A stretch of DNA of 64,000 nt from Lama guanicoe (lineage: Eukaryota), in NCBI GenBank assembly GCA_013239625.1, contig MU053588.1, positions 3,066,799 through 3,130,798 of the forward strand. Direction: 5' to 3'. The notes beneath the pieces were generated by a model. That model was not told the origin of the DNA and searched no databases. It worked only from the letters and a program-made list of their open reading frames with translations. Of this stretch, positions 1-13,700 are shown one piece after another. Each line of letters begins with the position of its first letter. The first letter of the stretch is position 1. Both the position numbers and the translations under genes were made by a program.

Positions 1-1579
1 AGGACGCTAAGTGAAGTGTCCAGCCCTCCTGGTCTATTTTCTCTCCAGACCTCAGAGAAACCTTTGCAGCAAGCACACACCATATAATTTTACTGTCATG
101 AGCCTGATGTGAGCCCCTAAGTGCCACTGAGGGAGGGAATTATGGATCATGTTATATAAATATGTGACCACATATGCAAAGATGAACATTTCCAGGTACA
201 GTTGGTTGAATAATTTACAGACTCTAGGTCAGAAGTACATGACTTGCTTTTGACAACCTCGCCCTCCCTACCTGGTCTTTTGTCTGTAATCTCTTCTGAA
301 ATAAGAGAGTAAGGACCTTGTTATAAATTTCATGAAATAGAGAAGTGTACACATCTCCTGTCACCAGGCTGTTGAAGCAATGACCCTGCACTCAACTTCC
401 TTAGTGTTACTATCTTGGGATTTCAAAAATGAGATTTCATCAGTCCCTTCCTTGGAGGGGCTATTAAATAACACTCAAAGGGAAACAGCAATTTACCCAA
501 AATACAGAGGCTGGAAGGAAACTGACAAGAACTAGTCCTGAAATATTCACAAAAATACCAAGATCTGGTGCTGCTGGTGCAGGAGGGCAAGGTTGTTTAA
601 GGGAGTGATAGGCAATAAATGACAAAAGAAAAGGCAAGGAGCACTCTAAAACTCAGGGAAGACTAAAACAAGAGTTAATTCAATTATCCCTCAATTATTA
701 CACAGCCAGTTATCCCTAAAGCCTCTCTGTGGGTCTCACTAAAAGACCCAGGACATAAGAAAATGCTAACAGACAGGTGAAATAACTTATAGAAGCGTGG
801 GAACAACTAGTCAGGAATTGCTGGGGAAGATTTCACGAAAGAGGTAGAATTCGGGTTAGACCTTTGAATGGTTAAGTCTTAGGGAAACAGAGACAGAGAA
901 ACACCAACACAGAGAACCATGTGTCAGGCATTACTGTAGATGCAAGTTTTGAAAAGGATTTCAGAAATGAGAATGGGTTTGCATATGTTATTTTATTTAC
1001 TCCATTCAACCACTGTATGTGGTTATTTCATAGGAGGATGCTGATCCTCAGAAAGATGAAGTAACTTGCCAAGGTCAGTGGCGGATCTGGAATTAGAAAG
1101 TAGGTATGTCTAACTCCAAACCACTGAGAAAGGAACACAGTATGTTTAGGGAACAGGAAGGAGTAGGGACAGCTACAGAGGAAAGACAATTATGAAACAG
1201 GGAATTTAAGTAAGCTTGCAAAAGTGGAACCATGTTGCACAGCCGTGGAAATGAAACAGAGACATTTGAAATTGATCCTGTGGTGAAAGAAGAGCCACTG
1301 AAGGTTTTGAATAAGGGAGTAACCAAAGTGATGACTTGAGCAAAGACCAAACAAGATGGTGGTGAAAATGGGAGTTCTGGTTCCTAAGCTACAGAGATGC
1401 CACTATAATAGTAAAGGGGGCCACGTGATTTAGTGCAGCAAGAACTGGACTGAGAGTGAGAAACTTGGGTTTAGATGTAGAAAGCTAAGTGACAGAAGTC
1501 ATGTTCTCTCTCTGGACTTCAGTCTCTTCCTCCATAAACTGGGTGAAGTGAGAGTTAATCTAAATGATCTCTAAGGCTT

Positions 1580-1700
1580 TGCCACTCAAAGTGTGATCCA
1601 CCAACCAGCAGCAACAGCATCATCCAAAAGCTTATTCGAAATACAGAATCTTAGGCTCCACCAGAAGAATCATATTAAAGTTTGAGACACTTCTCTAAAG
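1580..1700. mobile_element. MER5A-like fragment (paralog about 50320-50615, interrupted by a SINE)
   Basis: ctcaaagtgtgatcc..accagcagca.cagcatca...gcttatt.gaaat.cagaatct. Confidence 0.6.
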
Positions 1701-1860
1701 TGTCTTCCAGTTCTAAAATGCAATAGTTTCAGACTCTATCACTTCACAGGAGAGAAAAAAAAAAAGTTTATCTAGTCACTTCACCTGTGCCCTTTTCCTA
1801 ATAATGCTAACCTCATCTCTGATTTGCCCACATCTGAGTAGTCTTGGGAGATACCAATGG

Positions 1861-1882
1861 GGCAGTGCTGCCATCTTGTGGC
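1861..1882 (-). promoter_or_regulatory. CTCF-like motif GGCAGTGCTGCCATCTTGTGGC (paralog 50791-50812 altered)
   Basis: Resembles the consensus TGCCACCTAGTGG. Confidence 0.5.
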
Positions 1883-2159
1883 AAAAATCAGTAAATGCCC
1901 TTTTCTCACCAATTAAGGGGCTGGGAGGGTTGGCTCTTGCATCAAACATCTCCACTTACTAAACATGACTCATTTCAGAGACTTTAGGAAATGGATTCAA
2001 AGACAGAGGAGAGGCTGTCCTTGAGTGCTGGGTAATACTTGTGGGGCTGAGGGGAAGGTTAACAAGGAAGTCCTCCCTGGAACCCTCCAGACAGGAGTGA
2101 GAAAAGGTGGTGTAACTTTGTTCAAGCCAAGAGGAGGGAAGAGGCAAGACATAGATTCT

Positions 2160-3077
2160 TATGGGGTTCTGGCTTCTTTTTTTTTTTTGAGCTTTGCTCT
2201 TTTATTTTTTTTTTATTGGAGTACAGTCAATTACAATGTACTAATTTCTAGTGTACAGCACAATGTCCCAGTCATGCATATACATACATATATTTGTTTT
2301 CATAATCTTTTTCATTAAAGATTATTACAAGACATTGAACATAGTTCCCTGTGCTATACAGTAGAAACTTATTTTTAATCTATTTTTATATATAGTAGCT
2401 AACATTTGTAAATCTCAAACTCCCAAATTTACCCTTTCCCACCGCCTTTCCCTGATAATCATAAGATTGTTTACTAAGTCTGCAATTCTCTTTCTGTTGT
2501 GTAGATGAGTTCATAGTGTCTTTTTTTTTTTTTAGATTCACATATGAGGGATATATGGTGTTTTTCTTTCTCTTTCTGCCTTTCTTTCACTTAGACTGAC
2601 AATGTCCAGGTCCATCCATGTTGCTGCAAATGGCATTATTTTACTATTTTTATGGCTAAGTAGTATTCAATTGTATAAATATACAACAACTTCTTTATCC
2701 AGTCAATGTCGATGGACATTTAAGTTACTTCCATGTCTTGCCTATTATATATAGTGGTGCTGTAAACATTGGGGTGCATGTATCTTTTTGAATTAGCGTT
2801 CCCTCCGGATATACACCCAGGAGTGGGACTGCTGGATCATATGGTAAATCTATTTTTAGTTTTTTGAGGAATCTTCATACTGTGTTGCATAACAGCTGCA
2901 CCAAAGTACATTTCCACGAGCAGTGTAGGAGGGCTCCCTTTTCTCCACACCCTCTCCAGCATTTATCGTTCATGGACTTTTGAATGATGGTCATTCTGAC
3001 TGGTGTGAGGTGATACCTCACTGTAATTTTGATTTGCAATTCTCTGATAATTAGTGATATTGAGCATTTTTTCATGT
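2160..3077 (-). mobile_element. LINE-1 3' fragment (about 0.9 kb), copy-1 specific
   Basis: Poly-T at about 2177; ORF2 C-terminus ([28 protein letters not shown]). Degenerate TSD aagacatagattct (2146-2159) / aaggcatagcttct (3078-3091). Absent at the paralogous site near 54200. Confidence 0.9.
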
Positions 3078-4666
3078 AAGGCATAGCTTCTGTTTGCTCA
3101 TTCTTACCCTCTCGGTTTTGGATTGTTCTTGCCTATGGACGTGCTGGAGAGTTGAACATAGACTTTGCTACTACAGAGTTTATAAAGCATCTGCAGGCGG
3201 CAGGCACTGTGCTAGACAGTGGAGACTGTCCTCGATTTGAAGGCTCAGACTCAGTCTGAGCTTGGTCTGATATAACCCACTGATGTGGCTCCTACATGGA
3301 AAATTCTAACGAATTCTTCCTGAGGTGCCTGTCCTCAGGAAGCTCAAGTCTAGCCAGGGAGATGACATGCACTTCATAAAACCTAGGGATGTGGTGGAAC
3401 CAAATTTCAGAAGTGACGGGAGTTCACTGTGGACTGTGAGTAGGTCAAGGGACTCTGGGTTCGGTGGAACCGGGGCTGGGTCTCCAGGGTGGGGTTGGAT
3501 TTGTGCTGCTGGAGGGCAGAGCAGATGGCATGGAGCTAATTGGGTGGGGACTTTTGAGGCAGGGGCTGTTTATTGTTCATTTTTATGTTCCTGAACTTGA
3601 GTAGGGCCTGGCACTTTGGGAGTGCTCTGTAAATGTTTGCTTATTTGAATATTTTGTAACACTTTAACTAGGCCTGCTATGTCAGAAAGCATGTGAAAGT
3701 GCAGTCCAGTACCAAAAAGGAAATTTTTCTGACAGAAGATCACGCACACGTGGAGCTGAGGGGGTACTTTGCTTTCCCATGGAGTCATTCACCAGTCAGG
3801 TGTAGTAAGTGCTGATGTTCTGTACCCCTAACGTTTGCTCCAAGTAGTATCACCTCCTCCTTTACCCTTGGGCTGTTTCCAAACAAGGTGTGATGCCAAG
3901 AGCCTCAGCAGCCTGGGCAATCACCTCCCCTGCTGCGGCTGCTGTTTCTCAGACCCTCTGGGACCTGAAGCCTAGAGGGTCTTCCACCAACCCAGTTCCC
4001 TCTCCTTTAGGCAGGAGCCCTTAGGCCACGGCCACCTTCCTGACCAACGAGGAGGCCTGCTTTGACCCAGTGCTCCAGGGCAGGGTTTGGGGCAAGAGAG
4101 AAGAGCCTCTCCTCCTTGGTCCTCTCTGCTTCCCACCTCACGTGGCCACAGAATTCGGGGAAATTGTAAACAGCCAGGACGCGGCAACTTCCCAAACAAC
4201 AACACTGCTGTTGCAAGGATGAGAGTGGGGAAGACAGAGGGGAAACAGACCGTGTCCTCCTCTCTTTGCCAACCTTTAGCACTCACTTTCCTGCCAGATA
4301 CTAAGCTAGAAAATGTCACTCGGTATAAGGAAATTCAAACAAGCAAAAAGACTTGGGGAAGAAATCAAAGCATGTTGGTAGGCAGGGAGGCAGGAAGAAA
4401 GAAGGGAGGGAATGAGTTATGCTGCCAAGTTATCAGTCACCCTCTCATGTTCTTAAGAATGCTTCATTTCTTTTGTTTGGCCAGTTTGACCTCCCAGATT
4501 CCCATAAAGCACATGATCCAACTTAACTGTTACCTAACAAGGCCAGGGTAACTTATCCGTTCTCACCATCTAAAGAGAACACTGGCCTGGGATTAAAGCG
4601 CAGACCTTCTAACTGGGAACCTTCCACACAGTCTTCAAGTGACCTACCACAGCACCAGCAGTTGAA

Positions 4667-4745
4667 ATGAAAGTTCTAATCTCTTCCCTCCTTCTGCTGC
4701 TGCTACTAATGCTGATGTCCATGGTCTCCAGCAGCCCAAATCCAG
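4667..4745 (+). CDS. CXCL17: CXCL17 copy 1 exon 1 coding part (signal peptide), phase-1 donor
   Basis: ATG at 4667; [26 protein letters not shown]; donor g|gtaaa at 4745/4746. Confidence 0.95.
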
Positions 4746-7700
4746 GTAAAAAAAGATTAAATTTTTTTGAAAGGGATAAAGGGTGGGAGAAAATGTGGCA
4801 AAACAGAAAAGAGCATGACCACACATGCAGTAAAATGTAGCCTCTTCAGGCTACAGGAATGAGGAGCAAGTTAGCCTTTCTCTGGGCCTGTTTCCTCATT
4901 CACTGATTTACAAAAAGGAAAGAACTGTACATAAATCCAAAGAGGGTTGTGAGAGTTAAAGGAGCCAGCGTGTATGAAAGTGTCTGGAACTGTACCTGGT
5001 GGGAGAAAAAATAACTGCTCCTCCAATATTTGCTATCTTACCTCTCCCCCAATCCTTGTTCCAGAGAGTAATTTCCCCAGGGAAATTACTGGTGGCGGTG
5101 GTGGCAGGATGTTGAAGGCAATTGTACATCTGTAGACAATAAGGAAGTCCTCGATTATATTCTAACAATTTTTACTATGATTACACAGTAAGGTGATAAA
5201 CTAGAAAAATCACACCACCAGGTAGTACCATGTTTGAAGCTGTAGCCACACCAAGCCCTGTTTGAACAGCTCACCTATGGGAAGCAGACCTTGGGTTAGG
5301 GGTTCTGAATTGGCGCCAGCCTTCACTACAGCCCAAGTGGCCAGGCCCTTAGCAGTACAACTGTGCAGAAGGGACCGATCCCCATGTGTGCTGCCACTTG
5401 AGGGAAACATCTCTCCAAGGGCCACTTTGAAATGAAATAGCTTTGTAACATACTTAGCATCGACTCGTGGTCCTAAAATCAGGAGTTCACCCTACTCCAT
5501 CCCAATTTCTAACATCCCCTCCATTACAGAGAGAGCTCTCTGGAAGCTGCTGGGCCCCACAGCCTTAGGGCCTAGAACACCCTTCTGGAAGGGAAAGCTT
5601 TTCCACCACCAGGACTGACACCAAGGCTAGAGTCCTCAGCCTGGATTCAAAGCTCCAGCCACAGCTGCCTTTCCCGTCCACCCCTCCTCGCACTAACCAG
5701 ACCTCTGGGCTCCACTCAACTAGACCTCGGGCTGTTCCCGAGCTGGTCCTGTGCTTTCCCACCAGCTCAACTTTGCTCACACAACCTGCCCAAAACCACC
5801 TCCTCCCCAGCCTCCCTTGACTCCACCCAGGACCAGATATGAGCTCTCCCTCATGTGAACAAGCTTAGCCCTAACTTGACTCTCTCTGCACTTTTCATCT
5901 TCTGCCTTAAGTTGAGGTGTTGGCGTGCATCTCCCACCCCCACCCCTGCCCTTCTATCTGCAGCCTCCTCATTGGCACAGACTGGTGTATTGTTTCCACA
6001 TCGCTCACATTATCTGGCACAGTGCTCAGTAAATATTTGCTAAGTGAAAAAATAAAGCCTCAGATTTCTACGTTCAAATGTTGCCTTTAGAAAACTCGAC
6101 ACCTGGGTTTCATAGCAGCTCTATTGACATTAGGGATGGATAATTCTTTGCTGTAGGGGTGCTGTTCTATGCATTGTAACCTGTTTAGCAACACTCACCT
6201 GGCCTCTACCCACTAGAAGCCAGTAGCAGCCTCCCCCCTACCTCCTCCCAGTTAATACAGCCAAAAATATCTCCAGTCATTGCCAAACTTCCCCTGGAGG
6301 AGGAAACCACCCCCTAGTTGAGAGCCGCTGCTTTATACCAATAATCCCTACACATGGAGAGATTTTTTGACTCCCAGGAATTTCAGAATCAAATTTGAAT
6401 TCAGGGCAACTGCAATCCAAATCCTGGCTCCATCACTTACTTTGAAACCCTGGACAGGATGCTTAAAATTTTTGAACCTCAGTCTTACTATCTTAAAATG
6501 AATAAAATACCACTTAGTGAATACAACTGCTGTGAAGACTAAATGACTGATCATACGAGCCTAGCAAGAGTTCAATAAATGTAACTGAGTAAAACAGCTA
6601 AAGTAGTTCTAAGGCACAAGGGCGACAGGTTGGGGAAAGCGCACTCCGCCGCCAGGTGGCACAATGACAAACCACGTTGGTTCCGTGATGCCCGGGCTCA
6701 ATCCTTGTTTCCCAGGCCAGCATAGTTTGCAACACAGGACCAAGTCTGGAGGAAGGAAGTAATACTCCTTCAGCCCCCAGAGAAATTTCTCAGAATAAAA
6801 TCTGATCCTACCTTATCTCTTTAAAAGAAAAAACACATACATGTTTAATATGCTTTTTACAGGGGAGGGGGGGAAAATGAAATCGGTAAGAAGCGATGAC
6901 AATGTTAGGAAATACATCACTTACAATAATAGAATACACATTACTTATAAGATTATTTATAACTTATAAAATGACCTGTACCAACAGCACCTACGTGTTA
7001 AACAAGCCTTTGTGGCAGGCTGTCCTCAGCACTTCACATGTATGACACCTCATGTGTCCTCACAGAAATCTAATGTATTTTTTTAACTTTTCATTTCTCA
7101 GACTTAAATATTGTTGTAAAAATAATCAGAGTTCCAATATATCCTCCATCCAGATTTTTTTCAAATAACACCAGACATAACCATAATACAATTATCAAAA
7201 CCAGAAAATTAGCAATGATACAATACTACTAGCTAATGCACAAATGTTCAGAGTTTGTTAATCATCCACTGATGTCCCTTTCCCGGTCAGAATCCAATCC
7301 AAGATCCTACACTGAAGAAAGTTATCATCTCTCCTGGTCTCCTCCAATCCAGGGCACTTTCTCAGAACTTCCTTGTCTTCCATGACCTTGACACTTTTGA
7401 GGAGTACTGTCAATTATTTTACAGAATGTCCCTCAATTTGGACTTATCTGATGTTTCCTCATGATTAAATTCAGATTATGATTTTTGGCAAAAACACCAC
7501 AGAAGTGATGTTTGCCTTCTTGGTGCAACACATCAAAAGACCCACGTTAACAGTATCTTTTGTTACAGGTGATGTTAAGTTTGAACACTGCTTAAGGCAG
7601 TGTCCATAAAGACACTGTTTTCCCATTGAAAATAATAAGTATCTTCTGGAGAGACACTTTGAGCTATGCAAATAGCCTGTTTCTTCTAATCATACTTTTG

Positions 7701-10700
7701 CCAATTAATTTTGAAAATCATTGATGATTCTTGCCTACAACAAGTATTACTATGGCCTTAGCCAAATGGTGATTTTCTATTTCCATCATTCCTTCTAAAT
7801 TTATCAAGTAGGATTCTACTATAAGAAAGAGCTATTCCTTCTCCCCTTTATTCAGGTATTCAATTACTAGTTTACATAAGTAAATTCTCAGGGATATTTG
7901 TGTATTATAATTTATTACTATCCTTATTTATAATGTTGTTGATATTGTCCCAAAACTGGCCACTGAGAGCCTCTTCAGATTGACCTCTGCATCATTTTGA
8001 CAGATCGGGGTTTTTTTTTAGCAGTTTTTGACTTTCTGATACCATAAGATGTTCCAGGCTCATCTTCTGCTTTCCTTCCCTGTCCTTGGAGTCAGCCATT
8101 TCTCTAAGGAGCCCTGGTTCCTTTAATGATATACACAAACCTTGGGCACAAAGGTATTACCCATTGCTATTAGGGCTATTGCATCTAGGCCCTCTGGTGG
8201 ACACAGCGAAGAAACAGATGTATGTACACACATACCAATATACTTTTTTTAGCCCCATTTTATGAATTAGGTAAATGGGGCACAGAAGAGTTAAGCAACT
8301 TGTCCAAAACCACAAAACTAATACACAGTGGAACTGGAAAGTCAAAATAACAACAGAACTACCACAAAAACTAACAAGTGGAAGCTACTTCTTTACATAT
8401 GCCAAAGAGCAGAAAGCAATAAGCCAAATAGCCCAGCACAGACATTTACTTTGGGAAATAATCAGAAGTCTGCAATAATAACCACAATAATAACCATCAT
8501 GTACAGAACACCTCCTTGGGCACTGGACCACACAGTAGTTCATTTACTTCTAACAGCTCTGCAAGGTGGATACCAATACTCTCTCTTTACAAATCAGAGA
8601 ACCAAAGACCAAAGAAGCTAAGTGACTTCTCCAAGACCACATAGTTAAGTGACAGAGCAAGTAGTTGACTCCTAAGTCTGTCTGACATCAAGTCCATGCT
8701 ATTCCACCATATCAATATTTTCCAAAACTGATTTTAGTTAGAACATAAATTAGCTTTCACTTTAATAGTTATATGTTTATTTTAATGCGTGTTAGAAAAA
8801 AGCTAAGCATGTATCAAACCCACAATCTCACAGAAAATATTGCATTGGATGAAGCTTTTATGTAAATCAAATTTGTTTAGAGAAGAAGTATGAACTAAAT
8901 AGTTTAAGAGGTGGTACAAGCTATAGCAAAAATTGCAAAGGCAGTTCAAAAATGTCTGATGTTTGTTTTGTGGGACATAATACTATATTAACATGCAGCT
9001 TCATTTTCAGTTACACCATAAAATTAGGGTCATGCAGGGCTGCAAAAAGAACAACAGACTAAGAGTCTTAAACCTGGATTTTAGCTCCAGATGAGTCATC
9101 TTTACCTTTGTGAACTTGGGCTTTTCATTTGCTTTCTCTGGGTCTCAGTTTCCTTACCTGGGGGGGAAAAAAAGAGATAGTGATTTAGTTAATTTGTATA
9201 ACCCTTTTAAAAGCAACTTAGTAATTAGAATAATTAGAACCAGAGTTCCCTCTGGTTCTAATATTCTGTGGCTTTACGCTGGAACCAGAAATGGAGGTCA
9301 GGTGAGAGTAAAATATTAGAAAAGTTTAGATGGCAGGGGCTATGCCTGTTGAAATTACTTTAACACCACTCAAAACAGCACATGAGAACAATCTGGAAAC
9401 CAGCACTTGGAGAAATGACGCAACACCCTCCATCTGTGTGGCAGAAAGGGCACGAGTCTGGGAAATAGGGGAGTTGGATGGAGCCAGATGCTGCTCTAAG
9501 GGCCCTCTCTAGACAGCCTGTCTGTCTGCTTATCGCAGAAACATAAATGTGCCTATGATGTGTCAGGAGCCGTGTAGCTGAATGACTTCTGAGCCACTGG
9601 TTCAGAGTCCAGGGAAGGAGGTGGATTTTTAGTTTGCTAGCACTGCCACCACAAAATACCACAGACCGGGTGGCTTAAACAACAGTAATTTATTTTATCA
9701 CAATTTTGGAGGCTAGAAGTCCAAGAGCAAGTGTCAGCAAACTTGGTTACTCTGGGGACTCTCTCCTTGGCTTACAGATGGCCATCTCTTTACTAGTTCC
9801 TCACCTGGTCATTCCTCTGTGCGTGTAACATACCTGGTGTCTTTCTCTGTGCCCAAATCTCTTCTTTTTTTTTTTTTAACACTTTTTATTGAGTTATCAT
9901 CATTTTACAATGTGTCAAATTTCAGTGTAGAGCACAATTTTTCAGTTATACTTGAAAATATACATATTCATTGTCACATTTTTTTCTCTGTGAGCTACCA
10001 TAAGCTCTTGTATATATTTCCCTGTGCTATACAGTATAATCTTGTTTAGTTATGCTACATTTTGAAATCCCAGTCTGTCCCTTCCCACCCCCTTGGCAAC
10101 CACAAGTTTGTATTCTATGTCTATGAGTCTGTTTCTGTTTTGCATTTATGTTTTGGTTTTTTTTTAGATTCCACATATGAGCGATCTCATATGGTATTTT
10201 TCTTTCTCTTTCTGGCTTACTTCACTTAGAGTGACATTCTCCAGCAACATCCATGTTGCTGCAAATGGCATTATGTTGTCGGTTTTTATGACTGAATAGT
10301 ATTTCATTGTATAAATATACCACTTCTTCTTTATCCAGTCATCTGTTAATGGACATTTAGGCTGTTTCCATGTCTTGGCTATTGTAAATAGTGCTGCTAT
10401 GAACATTGGGGTGCAGGTGTCATTTTGAAGTAGGGTTCCTTCTAGATAGATGCCCAGGAGCGAGATTCCTGCATCATATGGGAAGTCTATTCCTAGTCTT
10501 TTGAGGAATCTCCATACTTTTTTCCACACTGGCTGCACCAAACTGCATTCCCACCAGCAGTGTAGGAGGGTTCCCTTTTCTTAACAGCCTCTCCAGCATT
10601 TGTCATTTGTGGATTTTTGAATGATGGCCATTCTGACTGGTGTGAGGTGATACCTCATTGTAGTTTTGATTTGCATTTCTCTGATAATTAGTGATATTGA

Positions 10701-13700
10701 ACATTTTTCATTTGTGTTTCTTCCTTGGAGAATTGCTTGTTTAGGCCTTTTGCCCATTTTTGGATTGGGTTGTTTGTTTTTTTTCTTATTAAGTCATATG
10801 AGCTGCTTATATATTCTGGAGATCAAGCCTTTGTCAGTTTCATTTGCAAAAATTTTCTCCCATTCCATAGGTTGTCTTTTTGTTTTACTTATGGTTTCCT
10901 TTGCTATGCAGAAGCCTGTAAGTTTCATTAGGTCCCATTTGTTTATTCTTGCTTTTATTTCTATTGCTTGGGTAGACTGCCCTAGGAGAACATTTTTGAG
11001 ATGTATGTGAGATAATGTTTTGCCTATATTTTCTTCTAGGAGGTTTACTGTATCTTGCCTTATGTTCAAGTCTTTGATCCATTTTGAGTTTATTTTTGTG
11101 TGTGGTGTAAGGGAGTGTTCTAGCTTCATTGATTTACATGCTGCTGTCCAGTTTTCCCAACACCATTTGCTGAAGAGACTGTCTTTATTCCATTGTATAT
11201 TCTTGCCTCCTTTGTCAAAGATGAGTTGACCAAAAGTTTGTGGGTTCATTTCTGGGCTCTCTATTCTGTTCCATTGGCCTATATGTCTGTTTTTGTACCA
11301 ATACCATGGTGTCTTGTATACTGTAGCTCTGTAGTATTGTCTGAAGTCTGGGAGAGTTATTCCTCCAGCCTCTTTCTTTTTCTTCAGTAATGCTTTGGCA
11401 ATTCTAGGTCTTTTGTGGTTCCATATAAATTTTACTATGATTTGTTCTAGTTCTGTGAAATATGTCCTGGGTAATTTGATAGGGATTGCATTAAATTTGT
11501 AGATTGCCTTGGGCAATGTGAACATTTTAACAATATTGATTCTTCTAATCCAAGAGCATGGGATATCTTTCCATTTTTTAAAGTCTTCTTTAATTTCCTT
11601 CATCAGTGGTTTATAGTTTTCTGTATATAATTCTTTCATCTCCTTGGTTAGATTTATTCCTAGGTATTTTATTACTTTGGGTGCTATTTTAGAGAGGATT
11701 GTTTCTTTACTTTCTTTTTCTGTTGATTTATCGTTAGTGTAAAGAAATTCAACTGATTTTTGAACGTTAGTCTTGAAACCTGCTACCTTGCTGAATTCTT
11801 CGATCAGCTCTAGTAGTTTTTGTGTGGACCTTTTAGGGTTTTCTATATATAGTAACATATCATCAGCATACACTGACACTTTTAACTCTTCTTTTCCAAT
11901 TTGGATCCCTTTTATTTCTCTCTCTTGCCTGATTGCTGTGGCTAGAACTTCCAAGACTATGTTGAATAGGAGTGGTGATAGTGGGCAGCCTTGTCTTGTC
12001 CCAGATTTTATGGGAAGCTTTTGAGTCTTTCACTGTTGAGTACTATGCTAGCTGTAGGTTTGTCATATATAGCTTTTATTATGTTGAGATATGTTCCCTC
12101 TGTACACACTTTGGTGAGAGTTTTTATCATAAATGGGTGTTGAATTTTATCAAATGCTTTTTCTGCATCGATTGAGATGATCATGTGGTTTTTGTCCTTT
12201 CTCTTGTTGATGTGGTGTATTACATTGATTTATGTATGTTGAACCACCCTTGTGTCCCTGGGATGAACCCCACTTGGTCATGTTGTATAATCTTTTTTAT
12301 GCGCTGTTGTATTCTATTTGCTAATATTTTGTTGAGGATTTTGGCATCTATGTTCATCAGTGATATTGGCCTATAATTCTCTTTTTTGGTAGTGTCTTTG
12401 CCTGGTTTTGGTATCAGGCTGATGGTGGCTTCATAAAATGAGTTTGGGAGTATTCCCTCCTTTTCAATCGTCTGGAAGAGTTTGAGAAGGACTGGTATGA
12501 GTTCTTTGTATGTTTGGTAGAATTCCCCAGTGAAGTCTTCCGGTTCTGGACTTTAATTTGTAGGGAGGTTTTTTATTGCTAATTCAATTTCATTTCTAGT
12601 GATCAGTTTGTTCAAGTGGTCAGTTTCTTCTTGGTTCAGTCTTGGTGGACTGTATGCTTCCAGAAATTTGCTCATCTCCTCTAGGTTATCCATTTTGGTT
12701 CCATATAGTTCTTCATAATATTCTCGTATAATATTCTGTATTTCTATTTTGTTTGTTGTAATTTCTCCATTTTCCTTTCTTATTTTGCTAATTTGTGCTC
12801 TCTCTTTTTTCTTCTTTGTGAGTTTGGCCAGAGGTTTGTCGATTTTATTTACTTTTCCAAAAAACCAGCTTTTGGTTTGGTTGATTTTTTTCTATGGTTT
12901 TTTAATCTCTGCTTTATTTATTTCCTCCCTGATCTTTATTATTTCCTTCCTTGTGCTGCCTTTAGGGGTTTTTTGCTCTTCTTTTTCTAATTCTTTTAAA
13001 AGCTGCTTGGTTAGATTGTTTATTTGAGATTGTTCTTTTTTGAGGAAGGCCTGTATTGCTATAACATTCCTCTTAGCAGTGCCTTTGCTGTGTCCCATGA
13101 ATTTTGTGTGGTTGTGTTTTCATTTGTCTCAACGTATTTTTTAATTTCAACTTTAATTTCATCATTGACCCATTGGTTTTTTAATAGCATGTTGTTTAAT
13201 CTCCATGCTTTTCTTTTTTTCTCCTTTGTTTCTCTGTAGTTGATTTCTAGTTTCATGGCATTGTGGTCAGTAAAGATGCTTGAGAAAATTTCTGTCTTCT
13301 TAAAATTGTTGAGGCTTCTTTTGTGCCCAAGTACATGATCGATCCTAGAAAATGTTCCATGTGCACTTGAAGAGAATGTGTATCCTATTTGGGGGAGGGG
13401 GTGTAATGCTCTGAAAATATCCACCAAATCTAGTTTTTCTATTGTATTATTTAATTTTTCTGTTGCCTTATTTATTTTCTGTCTGGAAGATCTGTCTAGT
13501 GATGTTAATGCAGTGTTAAAATCTCCGACAATGATTGTATTCCCATCAATATCCCCCTTTATCTCTGTTAGTAATTCTTGTATGTACTTAGGTGCTCCTA
13601 TATTGGGTGCATATATATTAACGAGTGTAATATCTTCATCTTGTATCACTCCTTTAATCATTATAAAATGTCCTTCTTTATCTTTCTTTATGGCCTTTGT

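Noticed and set aside
4087..4551. 154-aa ORF conserved in both copies
   Set aside because: Non-ATG start, no recognisable family; identity is explained by the 4-kb identical tract.
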